From Octopus vulgaris (lineage: Eukaryota): a stretch of DNA of 64,000 nucleotides. Under the pieces are notes generated by a model that was not told where the DNA came from, searched no databases, and saw nothing but the letters and a program-made list of their open reading frames with translations. Each line of letters begins with the position of its first letter. Position 1 is the first letter of the stretch. Below, piece by piece: positions 29,071-43,019 of the stretch. Position numbers and translations under genes: made by a program. The stretch is taken from assembly GCA_951406725.2 (NCBI GenBank), contig OX597832.1, positions 33,604,001 to 33,668,000 on the forward strand. The letters run 5' to 3'.

Positions 29071-30570
29071 GGAGAAGGAGAAAGTAGAGTGCAACGATAG
29101 ACAGATGGATAGAGGAAGGGAGGGAGAGAGATAAATAGAGAGAGAGAAATAAGAGAACAGAAAGAGGATGAAGAGGTCAATGAGGGAAGCAGTGGTGATT
29201 TAGAGATGCTTGGATGAGAAAGCGTGAAGGGATGAGGAGAGACTTTGAGAGAAATTGAGGAAAGTAAATCGATAGAGAGAGAGAGACATAATATAGGTGA
29301 GAGAGTGTGATAGAGTGAGAAGAAGAGAGAGAGAGAGAGAGAGAGTAAGAAAAAGCTGAGAGAGAAAGAGATAAAGAAAGAGAGAAAGAGAGATGAGGGT
29401 GTAAAAGAGTGGAAGAATGATACGGTGACGACATAGAGTGAAGTGATGATGAGAAATTTAGAGAGAGAGAGATTGATGGGGAGAGAGAGAGAGAGAGATG
29501 TGAGTGAGAGCGAGGGACAAGGGGGAAAACAGAGAGACGGGGTGAGCTTTCAGAGAGAAAGATTTATGATTAACGGTTGTAGAGATAGAGTAAGAAACAG
29601 ATTTAGAGAGAGGGAGCGAGAGAGGTGGGAGTGAATAAGAGATGCTATGGAGAAGTTGAGGGAGAGTGAAAACGGAAGAGTTAGAAACAGGGAGAGTGAT
29701 AAAGGGAGAGAGAAGATAGAGAGGTGTAAGAGAGAGTGAGAGAAAGATAGAGTGAGAGATGAATGAGAAAATGAGGGAGATTATTGAGAGTGGCATAGAT
29801 AGCCTCTAAGAGTGAGGGATATACGAAAGAGAGAAAGAGATGTGGGTGTGAAAGACTGATGAAGGAAGAGAGAGAAAAATAGTTGGAGAGACAGATTGAA
29901 ATGAGAACATAAGCAAAGAAAAAGAGAAATACATAGATAGATAGATAGATAGATATATATAGAGAGAGAGGAAAGGAAAGAAATGACAGAATGAGAGAAA
30001 AAACGAAAAGGAGAGACAAATGGAAAAGAGAGAGTAAAAGAAGTATATGAAGCATTTTCTTATTGCCGAAAACTGTGTTTTCGGTTCACCCGTCTGAGAT
30101 AATCTCCACGAACTGGAAAAGAAAAGGTGCTGAGTGAGACAGGTATATAAAAACATGGTACCTTGAAGATATAGAAAGGTTACAGGACACACGCGAACAC
30201 ACACACTCTCATTCCGGTAAGGCACATACACTCGAGCGCACACGCATACATGTACAGAGGGAATAAGAGAAAGAGGAGAATTAAATATGGAGGAGAAGAA
30301 AGTGTAAATGAAAGAGAGAAAAATGAAGAAAAAAGAAAGACAAAAGAAAGAAAGGATGGAAGGAAGAGAAGAAAGAAAATGGTGCCGATTTATATAGAAA
30401 TATAAGGAAAAAAGCGAATGTAAGTTGATAACTGCAAAACTAGATAGGTAGGTTGGGTGGCTGGAAAATAGATAGGTAGGTTGATAGGTTGGTAGACAGG
30501 TAGATAGATTGGTATGTAAGTAGGTAAGTAGCCAGATAGGTCGCTAGTGCGAAAACAGAAAGTGTACATA
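29030..30570. repeat. Long purine-rich (GA) low-complexity tract
   Basis: Direct composition. Confidence 0.85.
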
Positions 30571-31004
30571 GTGTCAGCGTGAAAACTTACAAAGCCAAAC
30601 TGCCATAAAGAGACAGACAGACAGACATAAACACCATTGTTGCGAACATGATTATTATTTTCTAAGCAATATTATTAACAACACATTTTGTTGCAAGAGT
30701 TAATTGACATTATGTTAGCTTTGGAAGGTAATGAAATAATTTTCTGCAGAGAAGCCATGTTTTATTTCAGTAGTTCTTGAATAGCTGTTAAAATTACTTC
30801 GTTTTTCAAATCCGAAAAAGAATGGTGCATTGAATATGCAATAATAAGCTGCAACATGCATCTCTTCACTGTCAAAATAACTGTAAAATTGATACATCAC
30901 TTCTTGTGCATCTGAAATGTTCGAATTAATATAATTATCTTTCTGTATTCTCACACTTTCTATCGTCTGCTTCGAGCAATTTTTCGTACCCAATCGCTGC
31001 CGCA

Positions 31005-31855
31005 TCGCCCCCCTCTTACTCTCTCTCTCTCTCCTACTCTTTCTCTTTCTCTCTCTCTCTCTTTCTCCGCTTAGAATACCTTCCAATTATTTTATACCAA
31101 CATTTGAATATCCGATCCTTTTTGGCACTTTTCCTTCCTGTCTCTCCCCCCCTCTCTCTCTTCTTAGTCCAATATCTCTTTCATTTATACTTACCTCTCT
31201 CTCTGCTTCTCTTTCACTCCTCCCACTAACACCTTCTATACGATATCTGCTACTCTTGTTCTCATTACACCTTCTCTCTATCTTTCAGTTTCTCTTTTTC
31301 TCTTAATCTCTCAGTAATTTAAACTATATCACTTTCTCTCATTTCCCACTCTCTCTCTTCTTTTTCTCTTTCTTTCACTCCCTCTCTCCCTTTACCTATT
31401 CCTCTTACTCTATCTCTCTCTTAATTTCCCATTTTCTCTCGTATTTATATAATCCATTCTGTTTCATATTTCCCTAACACTCGCTCTCTCTCAAAACTCA
31501 CGGTGTATCGTTTTTCTCTTTTTCATCTCCCTCTCTACAATCATGCCTCTCTCCCCCTCTCTTTCTTATCCTCTCTTACTCCCTTTTTAACCATAATATA
31601 TCGCATCTTATTTTCGGTTCCGACCCTCACAGCTTCTCGCTTTCCTAATCCTCTCCCCCTCTCCCCCTCCCCACTCCTATTCTTTCTAACTTTGTCCTTT
31701 TCTTCTCTCCTGACCTTTACAGTTTTCTTTTCTTTTCCTCTTTCACATCCTCACTTTCTCACTGGTCATTTTACTCTTATAAACTTTCACTCGATGAAAA
31801 TACTTTCCTTTCATCCCTCTCTCCCTCTCTCCCTCTCTCTCTTTCTCCCTTCCAG
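31005..31855. repeat. Long pyrimidine-rich (CT) low-complexity tract
   Basis: Direct composition. Confidence 0.85.
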
Positions 31856-32438
31856 TATAGATATGTGTGTATGTGTGTTTTGTTATATTGTGGGATGGCC
31901 ATATTTTTTGCCAATCAACAACACTCATTATGTATTGGGTCTTAACTTCGGCTTCATTAATATTCATACTTAAGAATCCTCTGACTGAAATCTTTCGCCA
32001 CACATCTTCTGACATCTTCGACAACAATGCAGCTCACGTGTCCCATTCTGTGTCCTGTTTAGTCCATTCTGTCTTTAGGTGGTGTCTATCCTTGTGTGTG
32101 TGTGCGTGCGTGCGTGCTTGGGTCTGGGTTTAATATATATTTATATATATATAGAGAGAGGCAGAGACAGAGAGAGAGAGAAAGCGAGAGAGAGATTATG
32201 CTGTATAGATCATATATGTAGTTATGCATACATATATATGTATATATATGCATGTGCGTGTGAGTGTGTCACGCGTGTATGTGTTTGTGTGTGTGTGCGT
32301 ATGTGTGTGTTTGCAATAATTTTTAATCTGGTTATGCACGCTGTAGTATGCCGTTTAAAGCCCATTCACAGCAAACGGCTATCTGATGGCATCAACAGTA
32401 TAATTTTAAAAGCCACTGGATTTACTTCAGGATTTGTG

Positions 32439-32502
<64 letters not shown>

Positions 32503-32591
32503 TTAGAAGCCGAACGGGCTTGAACGGCCAACTACAGAATTCCTGAAATAAATCCAGTGGAATTTAAATCTATACATACATGCATATATAT

Positions 32592-32985
32592 AGGCGTGGT
32601 AGGAAATTTATTTTCCAACGACGCTGTTCCAGGTTCAGTCCTACCTTCGGCGAGTGTCTACTACTATAACCCCGGGCCGACCAAAGCAATTTGTGAAGAT
32701 TTGGTAGACGGAAACTGAAAGAAGCCTGTCGTGTATATATATATATATGTACGTGCGTGTGTATGTGTTGGTGTCTGTGTTTGTCCTCCACAACAACAAC
32801 ACAACCGAGATTGTTGTGCTTACGTCCCCGTAAATTGGCGGCTCGGCAAAAGCGTTCGATAAAATAAGTACTAGAACTTACAAATAAATACTGATGTTGA
32901 ATCATTCGACTAGACAACTCTTGAAGGCGGTGCTCCAGCAGAGGCGCGGTTCAATGAATTAAAACAATGAAACGAAGTTAAAAAG
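32592..32985 (+). mobile_element. SINE family A, full length, degenerate
   Basis: Colinear with the reverse complement of 3451-3878. Confidence 0.85.
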
Positions 32986-33014
32986 AGGACACGCGGTCGT
33001 TCTTATTCAACCCA

Positions 33015-33105
33015 ATGTGGCCAAATGGTTAAGAGGTTCGCTTCAAAAGTATCATGTGCTTGGTTCGTTCCCGCAGCCAACAATCATTAGGCGCGTTTCT
33101 TAATC
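33015..33105 (+). mobile_element. Degenerate tRNA-SINE head
   Basis: A box tggccaaatgg, B box ggttcgttccc. Confidence 0.5.
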
Positions 33106-33597
33106 GGAAGAAGCATAAAAAGGAGGTATGCACTTGGTGGATGCTACGGTTCATTGGAAATGCATGACTTGGCCTCACAAACAGTGTCACGATGACTTTG
33201 GCTGAAAACTTACGCTAACGAAATGTGAAAAGTTCAGGAATGTCACTTTAGGAAAAGCTAGTCACTTCGACCAAATCCTTATGTTCGATACACATATATA
33301 CATATATATATATATATACACCCAAGATACATACATACATACAGACAACACCAGCAACAACAGTAACAATTAAAGCAAGAAGAAAAACAATCTGATGCCT
33401 GCCATTCACTCCCCACTCTCCCTCGCTCGGTCACCTCTTACTACACACACTCAACCCACCACTTCCTCCTCTTCTTCTTTAATTATCTCCCTTTATATAG
33501 TTTCGCCACAATGGTTTCTGTTTTAAATAGTTCCCAGTTGGAAAATTGAATTTAACAAAAGCCTTTAGCAGAGAAGGTAAGTTGTTGTGGAAGAGAT

Positions 33598-33678
33598 ATG
33601 GTGGTGGTGGAGGTGGTGCTTGTGGTTGTGATGATGGTGATTGTTTTGGCGGCGGCGTCGGAGGTGGTGGCAGTGTTG

Positions 33679-33710
<32 letters not shown>

Positions 33711-33900
33711 CATCGTCGTCGTCGCGGAGCAAGTTGTGGTTGTGATGGTTGCGGCGGGTGGAAATGATGTTGGTAGTGTAAGAGGGTGGATTCTGGTGAG
33801 GATGGTGCCAGTTGTAATAATGGTGGGGGGGCGGTCTTTGAGGCGGTATTAATAATAGGAGTGAGCGGTTGTGTGATGGTGCTGGTTGTGGTAGCTGTAG
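33598..33900. repeat. Cryptic GGT/GTT/GTC trinucleotide tract, followed by a GA-rich tract to about 34470
   Basis: Direct; explains the poly-Gly/Val ORFs. Confidence 0.85.
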
Positions 33901-35303
33901 TGTTTGAGTAGGAGGGAGAGAAAAAACTGAAAGAGACAGAGGGGGAAAGAAATGTAGAAAAGAATGAGAGGGAAAAACGAAAGCGAGAAAGTGAGAAAGG
34001 AAGAAAGAGAATCGGGGGAGAGAAATAAAGGGAAATGGCTAAAAGTGTTTAGAGATGTGATTTGGATAGCGAGAAGTCAAGAACTGTGAGAAAGACAGTG
34101 AAAGGAATCGCAATGAGAGTGATGGTGAGAGTTGGGAGAAACTGTAATGGAGATGAGAGAGAGAGAGAGAGAATATGGAGAGATAGACAGAGAAAGAGAG
34201 AGAGAAAGCGATGGAGAGAAGTATGGACTCGTCACATTTGCAATGAAGACTGAAATTTATGAAAGAATATGAGAAAGCGAGAGAGAGAGTCAAAAGGGAA
34301 TAGAAAGTGAAGGGGAGTGAAAAAAGAGATAGAGAGAAAGCAGGGACGTTGGGTAGAGAGAAAGATAGTAAATACAGAGGGGATGAAGAAGTTTTAGGAG
34401 GAAGAGAGGGCAGAGAGGATACATGTGTTAGAAGCGAGCAGATAAGGGAAAATGAAGGAAGATCGCTGTGAAAGACTGGGTGGAAATATGGATGGCTTTT
34501 GATCGGCTTAGGCGGGGGGGGTGTATGAGTGCGCAGTCGTGCAAATCTAGAAATGCCCACGCGTTTGGTTTTTTTTTTTATTTCTGTAAATAATGATGTA
34601 CATCTGTATATGTGCATTCACCTGAGTATGCGGTAAAAATACATACATAAATACACACACACATACACATACAATCTCAGGCACACATACACACATAAAC
34701 ACACACATATAGTAAAAGAAAGGAACCTTATTAGTACTCGGCTAAAGTCCTGTTTCTGGCCAACCACATTAAAGGATAAAGAACACACAAAACTGTTTAA
34801 GGCAAACAGTTACGCCATATTTCATTCAACAGGTAAATCCCGGGTTTGCTTCCTTCGATTTCATACAGTATCCCAAGTATAAAACAACGACATCTTAAAA
34901 AGGAAAACAAAGTAGAATTATGTGTCTTCAAAACTTGTTTATTGCAGTATACTTCATATTATATTCAGGTTAGATTTCAGTCTCAGCACATGTTTGGGAT
35001 TCATAACGAGTTTCTGCGGCAGAAATGTGAGTCGGGATTGAAATCTAAGAGGAATATGATGTGGATAATAAAAAGAGGTTTTGAAGATGCACAATTCTCC
35101 ATTGATTTTTATGATGTCATATATTCATATTAACTTAAGATAAATATAGGAGCGTTGTGTTAAATGTAGGTGTGTTCAATCAAATCATTGCACGTTCCAG
35201 TGCACTTGGAAATGGGATGCACTTCCGCCACGGAAATAGTCTCAGAAGAAAATTCTCCTCGTAAAGATTGTGTAAAATCACATCTTGGGGCAATGAGTGT
35301 CGT

Positions 35304-35380
35304 CATCGAACGCATGCGTTTCTGCGTGCATCAATGTTTGCGTTCATGCTTTTCTGCATTATTATGCTTCATCAGCTACG
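35304..35380 (-). ncRNA. Degenerate type I hammerhead ribozyme
   Basis: cgtag-CTGATGA-agc[...]gca-GAA-ACGCATGCGT-T-cgatg. Palindromic stem III; stems I and II imperfect. Confidence 0.5.
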
Positions 35381-35449
35381 CATATCACATCTGTGGTTCA
35401 TAGATCTATAAGGACATTTTTTTTTATTTATATACACACACAGACACAG

Positions 35450-35553
<104 letters not shown>

Positions 35554-35616
35554 TATAAAACAGCAAATTGTACTGTGAAAACCTGTATTTTATTCAACGC
35601 CGATTCGTGCGAAAGC

Positions 35617-35750
35617 TGTTTGACCACGGCGTCCTTGAATTCAGAATGTAAAATTCCAGAGGAAAGATCGTAAGCTATTTTCTCCGACTCTGTAAAGATT
35701 CTGCGAGCATTGTTTTGATAATAATAATTCAAAATTTTGGCATAGGGCCA
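35617..35750. repeat. 134-bp segment duplicated at 37224-37357
   Basis: Gap-free alignment, about 14 mismatches by eye. Confidence 0.95.
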
Positions 35751-35913
35751 GTAATTTCAGGGCAGGAGGTAAGTCGATTGCATAGACCCCTGTACTCAAC
35801 TGGTACTTATTTTATCGACTCCGACCGAATTTGGACACAGAACATAAAGACGGACTAAATGCCGCCTAGCATTATACCCAGCGCGCTAACCCTTCAGCCT
35901 GCGCGCCGCCTCG
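35730..35913 (-). mobile_element. SINE family C, internally deleted
   Basis: Minus strand ggcggcgcgcaggc...gttagcgcgc...aatgctaggcggcatttagtccgtctttatgttct...gtcgataaaataagtaccagttgag. Confidence 0.75.
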
Positions 35914-36554
35914 TCGCCCGATTTTGGTACAAGGCCAGCACTTTTGGAGGAAGAGGTTATGTATAAAAGAACAACATAAATCTTATATAAACGTATATAA
36001 CATAAATATGAGACGCTTTTACGTCAGATATTTATGTAGAGATGAAGTAGTTTAATGGAAATATAGAGAATCTCGTCAGAGTTCGTGAAGCGGCGATAAT
36101 GGCACGTGCACAGAAATACAAAAAATATTTTAGACGTGTTAGTGTGAGAAAGGAAGGGAGGAGCGAGAATGAGAGGCAGACAGACAAAGCAACACAGAGA
36201 CAGACAGACATACCGACAGATACAGAGGGGGGGATATAGATCAGTATACCTTCTCTAATACTTAAGCGCACCGACATACTTCCGAAAGTAGTGATAATCG
36301 CTAAATGTGATTAGAATATAGTAATCCAGCATAACTAAGTAGAGAATTCGAATAGTTGGAGATAAGAAAAGAAACCCATTTAAATACTCCTAAAATAAAT
36401 GATTATACAGTAAGGAACAGAAGATGTGTGTCATGCCAAGATGGAGGATGTATACCCAACAACTCAATGATCGCCATGTATTCAGTACATTTGAGATTTA
36501 CTGAAGGAGCTCAACACTACTAGTTTCTTCAGATTACTTTATGATTTGACATCA

Positions 36555-36692
36555 GTAAACTGGCAGAATCGTTACAGCTTCCGATAGAACACCTTATCGT
36601 ATTTGTTCCAGTTCGTTTCCTTCTGATTTCAAATCTTATCAATGCCAACTATGCTCTTCCTCAGTTCGCGATCGATAAATTAAGTATCAGTT
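36555..36692 (+). mobile_element. SINE family C
   Basis: actggcagaatcgtta...tcgataaattaagtatcagtt. Confidence 0.7.
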
Positions 36693-36884
36693 CAGAACGG
36701 TAAAGTAGAGCAAATGAAAGAGGGTTGGTCATTGGCCGTGCACGTGCCGTTCGTTTCTGCTGTTTGACGACACACGTGCAAGACTTGTTTTTCAAACCAG
36801 ACAACTTCAGTGGAGTGGACAGCTGTAACCTTGGATTCTGGCTTTCCCATCTGTTGTCCTTTATCTTTTACATTTTTGTCATGT

Positions 36885-37010
36885 TGATGCACCGTCTTGA
36901 ATAATCTTTGATCGAACAAATCAACCCCATTACTTATTGTATCGGTCACATTTACCGAACAGCTAAGCAGTGGTCCGTAAACACACGAACAGTGGTTCTC
37001 AAACAATGAT
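36885..37010 (-). mobile_element. SINE family A 3' half, degenerate
   Basis: tcgaacaaatcaacccc...tacttattgtatcggtc...ccgaacagctaag...gtaaacacac. Confidence 0.65.
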
Positions 37011-37069
37011 GTCCGACAAACATTACTAATAATCAGTATGAAGCATTGTGTAGGATATATTGTATAAAG

Positions 37070-37223
37070 CATTGTGGGTAAGGCCAGAACAATGCGAAGT
37101 AAATGCAAGGCAAATCGCAAAAAAAACCCAGAATATATGAATTAATGTAGACTTACCTTGAATTCAATATTTCGGGGTTATGACCCCATTTTGAAATTAA
37201 CGAATGTTGTCGATGTATGTGTG
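37070..37223 (-). mobile_element. Dispersed repeat family E (second copy at 55422-55580)
   Basis: attgtgggtaaggcca...aagtaaatgcaagg...acttaccttg...atatttcgg-gttatgacc is shared between the copies. Confidence 0.85.
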
Positions 37224-37494
37224 TGTTTGACCACGGTGACATTGAATTCACAATGTAAAGTTCCAGAGGAAAGAGCGTAAACTATTTTCTCCGACTCTGT
37301 CAAGATTCTACGAGCATTGCTTCGATAATAATCATTCCAAATTTTGGGATAGGGCCAATATCTGAAACGGCAAACATTACGTAAAGTTTTGCAGAAGCTG
37401 GCATTGCAAATAGATTTGATACAAAAACAACTTTGACGAATCGGTAAAATGTGTTAGAGAATTTTCCTTGTCTCCTATCATTTGGATATATACA

Positions 37495-37730
<236 letters not shown>

Positions 37731-39025
37731 TTTAGGACAAAAAAGGAAACCAAAATAAAAAACTCACGTGCAAGTGTGCAACTTGGATGCGAACTTCTGA
37801 TGTGCGCATCCAGAGCCTCACTAGACGTACGAAAGTCCCAGATATAGTTGAATGATATTGAAGATATTTTGCAAATTGCTCTATAAACATTTATTAGGCC
37901 ACCATAATGGAGTAATAATACTGTTATTAAAACTATCAGCGGAACATTAATATTGCTACATTTTCTACATCACAATCACATATTAGTGTAATATTTCTTC
38001 TTTATTGTTTCATTACTGTCACTATTATATAATTATCGACGGTTCATGAAAATATATCCTTTCATTATACACTCACGATAGCGGCGGCGTGACTATGTTA
38101 TACATGTGTGTGTGTGGCTGGGAATGTGAGAAATGCTCAGTGCGTGTGTGTGTGTGAGAGAGAGAGAGAAAGAGGGATATGATCATGTATACGGTTGTAT
38201 GTGTTTGTTAGTGAGTGAGTGTGTGTGTGTGTGTGAAATTCTTTCGGTACGTCTGTTCAATTATAAAGGTATGTGTACGTATATGTGTGGATACATTTCA
38301 TATGTCTATGTGCGCGTTTCCGTATGTTTCATATATACAAATACATACACGTGTGTGTGTGTGTGTGCGCGTGTGTTTGCATGTGTGTGTGAGTGTAATT
38401 GTGCTTCTGTATGTACACATATATAACCCGTGCATATATCTGTATGAGGAAGTACGATTGTATATGTCTGAGTTAGAGTGTATGTGCGTATTTTCTTCGG
38501 TATGTATTTCAGCTTATACATGCACATATACACTATATTTATGTGCGCATTTATATGTAGATGAGTGTGTGTCTATGTGTCCAGACACAGTGTTCTGTGT
38601 GCATATACATCCATGTGTGTGTGCGTATATATATATATATATATATATATATGCGTGTGTGTGTGTGTGTTTGTGTGTATGTATGTGTGTGTGTGTGCAC
38701 GGAAGAGGATTGCTATGAAATATTATATTCGATGCTTACGCCACCGTGTTCGCTGCAACAGCAACGTATCTGTATAAAGGAATCTGAATTGAAACAGCAA
38801 ATGAGTGAGAACAATTAATTTTGATGGAACTAATTAGGTTGGTGAGTATTCTTTGGAAAGTGCATTTCACACATGCATTAATATACACACCTATATACTT
38901 ACACATATACAAACTGACACACATACATCCATGTACGTACATATACGCATATATATTTTATACACATACATACACACGGTCATGCGTCCATCGATGCATA
39001 CACACATACATATGTGTGTGTATAC

Positions 39026-39059
<34 letters not shown>

Positions 39060-39142
39060 GCATACAAAGGCATACATACATCCATATATATATACATACA
39101 TGCATATACACTTATATATATATGCACCTACACATACATAGA

Positions 39143-39280
39143 CAGCAAACTAACAAGCGTTCTTAAAGTATCGGAGACAATGCTTAGCTAAAGAGATTCC
39201 ACTGCTTTGCGTTCCGAATTCAAACCACGCCGAAGTCGAGTTTGCTTTTCTTCCTTTCAGAATCGATAAAGTAAGTATCA
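39143..39280 (+). mobile_element. SINE family C, degenerate
   Basis: aatgcttagc...gttccgaattcaaa...gtcgagtttgcttttc...tcgataaagtaagta. Confidence 0.65.
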
Positions 39281-40085
39281 AACCCCTGCTGTGGACTGGC
39301 TGAATTTTCATATAATCTGACAGGTATCTCAGGTACTTGTATTGTCTCTCTGCATTATGTGTTCACATTCCGCCACGGACAACCTCGCTAGTGGTCTTTA
39401 GAGGTCACTTCAGTAGATCAGAGTAGGAGAGTAGTGTTTCTTTTTGTTGCAAGCTTCCAGTGCAGATCTCTGGTTGAGAGTTAAATCCTACCTACTCTCA
39501 GCAGATCAAGGGGCTTTGTAAATGGTAAAATGCTCTACTCTTTCTTCCTGAGAAACTTAAATAATATACCTCCAATATATATCTACTCGAGGAATATTGA
39601 GGGAAACTTCTAATCAAAATTTCCAACACGGACAAACATAACAGACTTACAACAGTTGTTTAATACGGAACGAAAGGACATGTAGACTCATAACTGTGTG
39701 TTGCTCTGTAGAAGTAAAAAAAATTCTGCATATATAATATCAGGAAATGGGTAAATATTTATGGACGACTACCTCCGCAACCTCTCCTCTGATTGTAAAT
39801 TCACGCCCATTGCAATAGTTATCCGTACAGTTGGTTATGTCAGAAAGTGACTTAGGGAGAATCTGCAGGAGGTAGAATTTTCGAGTGGGAGGAAGAGACC
39901 GGTTGAGAGGAAATTTACAAATACAATTTATAACAGGAATAAAACTTCCGTAAAAATCGATATATAACAATTATAATTGTTGTTATCTAGATACTTTTAG
40001 TTGTTGGAAACTCACTGTCTCCACCCAAGAGAAGAACAAATAAATAAAAGAGCAAATCAAAACATATATAATCATATATACGCAG

Positions 40086-40422
40086 CTAAATTCCAAATCA
40101 TGCCACCCAGCACACACACAAAAAGCAGCATCCCGCATTGTCTAGCCAGAAAAATTTGTACTATAGTCGATGAGATGATCCAAATAGAAGGAACATACAA
40201 CTGATAGAACTCAAACGATTTCTGCTCAAGCAAAAATACCCTCTCCTTCTTTTAGAAAATAGGATACAACTAGCAAAAGAGATACCAATAGAACAACTTA
40301 GGACAACATGAGAAAGAGGAACCAATCAAAGAAGCACAATACCATTTCTAGTAACACAAAATCCGCCTCACCAAAACATTTTTAACATCATAAAAACAAA
40401 ATTGCCAATCATAGAACAAAGG
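40086..40422 (+). mobile_element. Penelope-like element RT thumb/linker fragment (Neptune-like)
   Basis: Across frameshifts: SKSCHPAHT/KSSIPHCLARKICTIVDE/...ELKRFLLKQKYPLLLLENRIQLAKEIPIEQLR...IPFLVTQNP...IFNIIKTKLPII. Matches the SCHP-H...IP-xLA-xI...YP PLE signature. Confidence 0.85.
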
Positions 40423-41328
40423 ATATATATATATATATATATAAATACATACATATATATATACTCATAAATATATACATATATTTAATCGTACATATAC
40501 TCATGACATGGGTGTAATGGTAATTAAGAGATGACTCCACGTTCCCCACAATTCCAGGACTCTCGGACTAATGCCTTTTCCAGAAAGCAGTTTAATATCC
40601 TTCCCAGGACAATCATACATGCATACATCCGTACATACATACATACATACACACACACACATACAAACATACATACATACATACACATACATACATACAT
40701 ACATGCATATCTACGTAAATGCAAGCATACATACACGCATACAAGCACACAGGTTTTTATGTTAAGTAGTAGGCTGTTCCCGTCGCTATTGAAGATTCCG
40801 AGGGTGTCATGGTATTCCATTGATGTGCATTACACGGATCTCCATTTAATCTACACCTGCAAAAGTATGCGTGAGGAATCTAAAAGAAAATGGACTGCAT
40901 TTGATTTAGATAGTAAAGCACCATCTTATCTCAGAACATAATCCGGTAGAGTATAAACAACGGAGAGACGACGCCAATATGCATGCTGTTTGAATTCTTA
41001 GAACATCGAAATAAGAATAATCTCAGCGGATTAGATGAAGATAAACGACATGCAATATAGAGGAAGCATATATGACTGCAACATTTCGGAGATGGCGAGT
41101 TTCCAGAAGAAAATAACAGATACATTTATATTATGCTGATTGCTCAGTGCCTCTACGCGTTCATTTCTACAACACGTTCTTGGTTTGTGTATTATAATTC
41201 ACAGCTTGTAAAAGCCCAATGGAGAGATCTGTGTTGGTTTTCTATTCTTTATTTCTGTGTTTATAGCTGGGATAATGTATTGGTCGTTTGTTCATACTTT
41301 CATATGTCGTCAACATACATACATACAT

Positions 41329-41378
<50 letters not shown>

Positions 41379-41389
41379 ATGTATGTATG

Positions 41390-41429
<40 letters not shown>

Positions 41430-41524
41430 TGTATATGTACATATATATATATCTACATATATAAATATATATACATATATATATACACACACGCACACAC
41501 AAACACACACACACACACACACAC

Positions 41525-41568
<44 letters not shown>

Positions 41569-42304
41569 TCACACATATATATATGTATGTATGTTGACGA
41601 CATACATATAGACATATATGAATATGTGTGTATTTATTCTGTAATAAAACAACAAGAAAAGGAAGTGAATCGCTAACGACCGCCGAGGTAACATTACAGA
41701 GCGTTCATCCTCAACAAAAAAAAAATTAAAAACAAATAATAATAGCAACAAACAACAGCAACATCAGAAACATCGTTGTTATTCTTCTTGGGGATTTCAT
41801 AGCGTTTATATGATGTGTTATGTTGTTATGGTATATTTTCATTAGCTGGAGATCTTATAAAGTTCCATAGCAATGATAGATTCTCTGAGCATATGTGCGT
41901 GTGTGTGCGTGTGTGTGTGCGTGTGTGTGTGTATGTGTGTGTGTGTGTGTGTGTGTGTAAATCTACATGTATGTCCGTGTGTGTTTGTATGCATATATAA
42001 ACATTCATATACGAGAGGGAAATTAAAGAGAGAATGAGATATAGGATTATGAAGAATATATTTTAAGCACGGCCTCGGAGAATATAGCAAAGATAAGAGG
42101 GGGGACATTGAGAAGCTAAGGATTCGTCCCTGCCTTTTTCTCGCTTTCCCTTTCTCTCCTTTATTGTCTATATATGTAGATGCATATACATACATGCACA
42201 CATTCATGCATGTATATGTATGTATATATAAAGGGAGAGAGAGAAAGAGAAAGAAATAGATAAATAGATAGACAGATAGATATAGATAAATAGATAGATA
42301 GATG

Positions 42305-42391
<87 letters not shown>

Positions 42392-42689
42392 TCAATGCCC
42401 TCCCTCAACAACACAAGATGTAGAAAACATTTTATTGCTCGTATAAAAGATATGAATTCCATACTGAAATAACAATTGTATATGTGTAAGGTACTCCAGT
42501 AATTTTGTTATCAGCAGAGTAACAAAGAGAAATACAATCATCCCCTGATTTAAATTTCGGCTCGAAAATCTCAGGAAATACATTTACGGCGGAAGAATAG
42601 CCAACAGATACAAGTAATCGATATGTATGTATGTATGTACGTATGTATGTAGGCATGTATGTGCGTATATAAATGATATATATATATAT

Positions 42690-42726
<37 letters not shown>

Positions 42727-42737
42727 GAGGGAGAGTT

Positions 42738-42875
42738 AGAAGCATATGCTTCGATAGCTTGGGATTCAAAGGTCCACAAATATTTAATGCTTTGCCAAAT
42801 CCTCTGAGGGATCTTCATGGAGTAAGGGTAGATGCTTTCAAAGAACAACTTGACCTCCTGCTATCCAAGGTCATC
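42738..42875 (+). mobile_element. CR1/L2-group LINE ORF2 fragment, same family as 7335-7835
   Basis: RSICFDSLGFKGPQIFNALPNPLRDLHGVRVDAFKEQLDLLLSKV. Confidence 0.85.
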
Positions 42876-43019
42876 TAGTTTGTAATGTAAGGAAGGCGTA
42901 TATCATCAATTTCTTCGGATGAGACAGCATTTCAAAATACTGCGCCGTATTACAATCATGCATTAAGGAAAATTGGATTATCGGAGAAGATCCAGTATAA
43001 TCAAGTTAATGAGACTTGC

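Noticed and set aside
30060-30112. Minus-strand exon after the acceptor cttttcttttccag
   Set aside because: No good donor, and pyrimidine tracts are expected by chance opposite a GA-rich region.
36692-37120. 142-aa non-repetitive ORF
   Set aside because: It spans SINE family A and family E remnants; a chance open frame.
40770-40910. Shared KRKW(T/I)AF peptide with 61690-61720
   Set aside because: A short nucleotide match, possibly antisense of an old LINE endonuclease; could not be extended convincingly.
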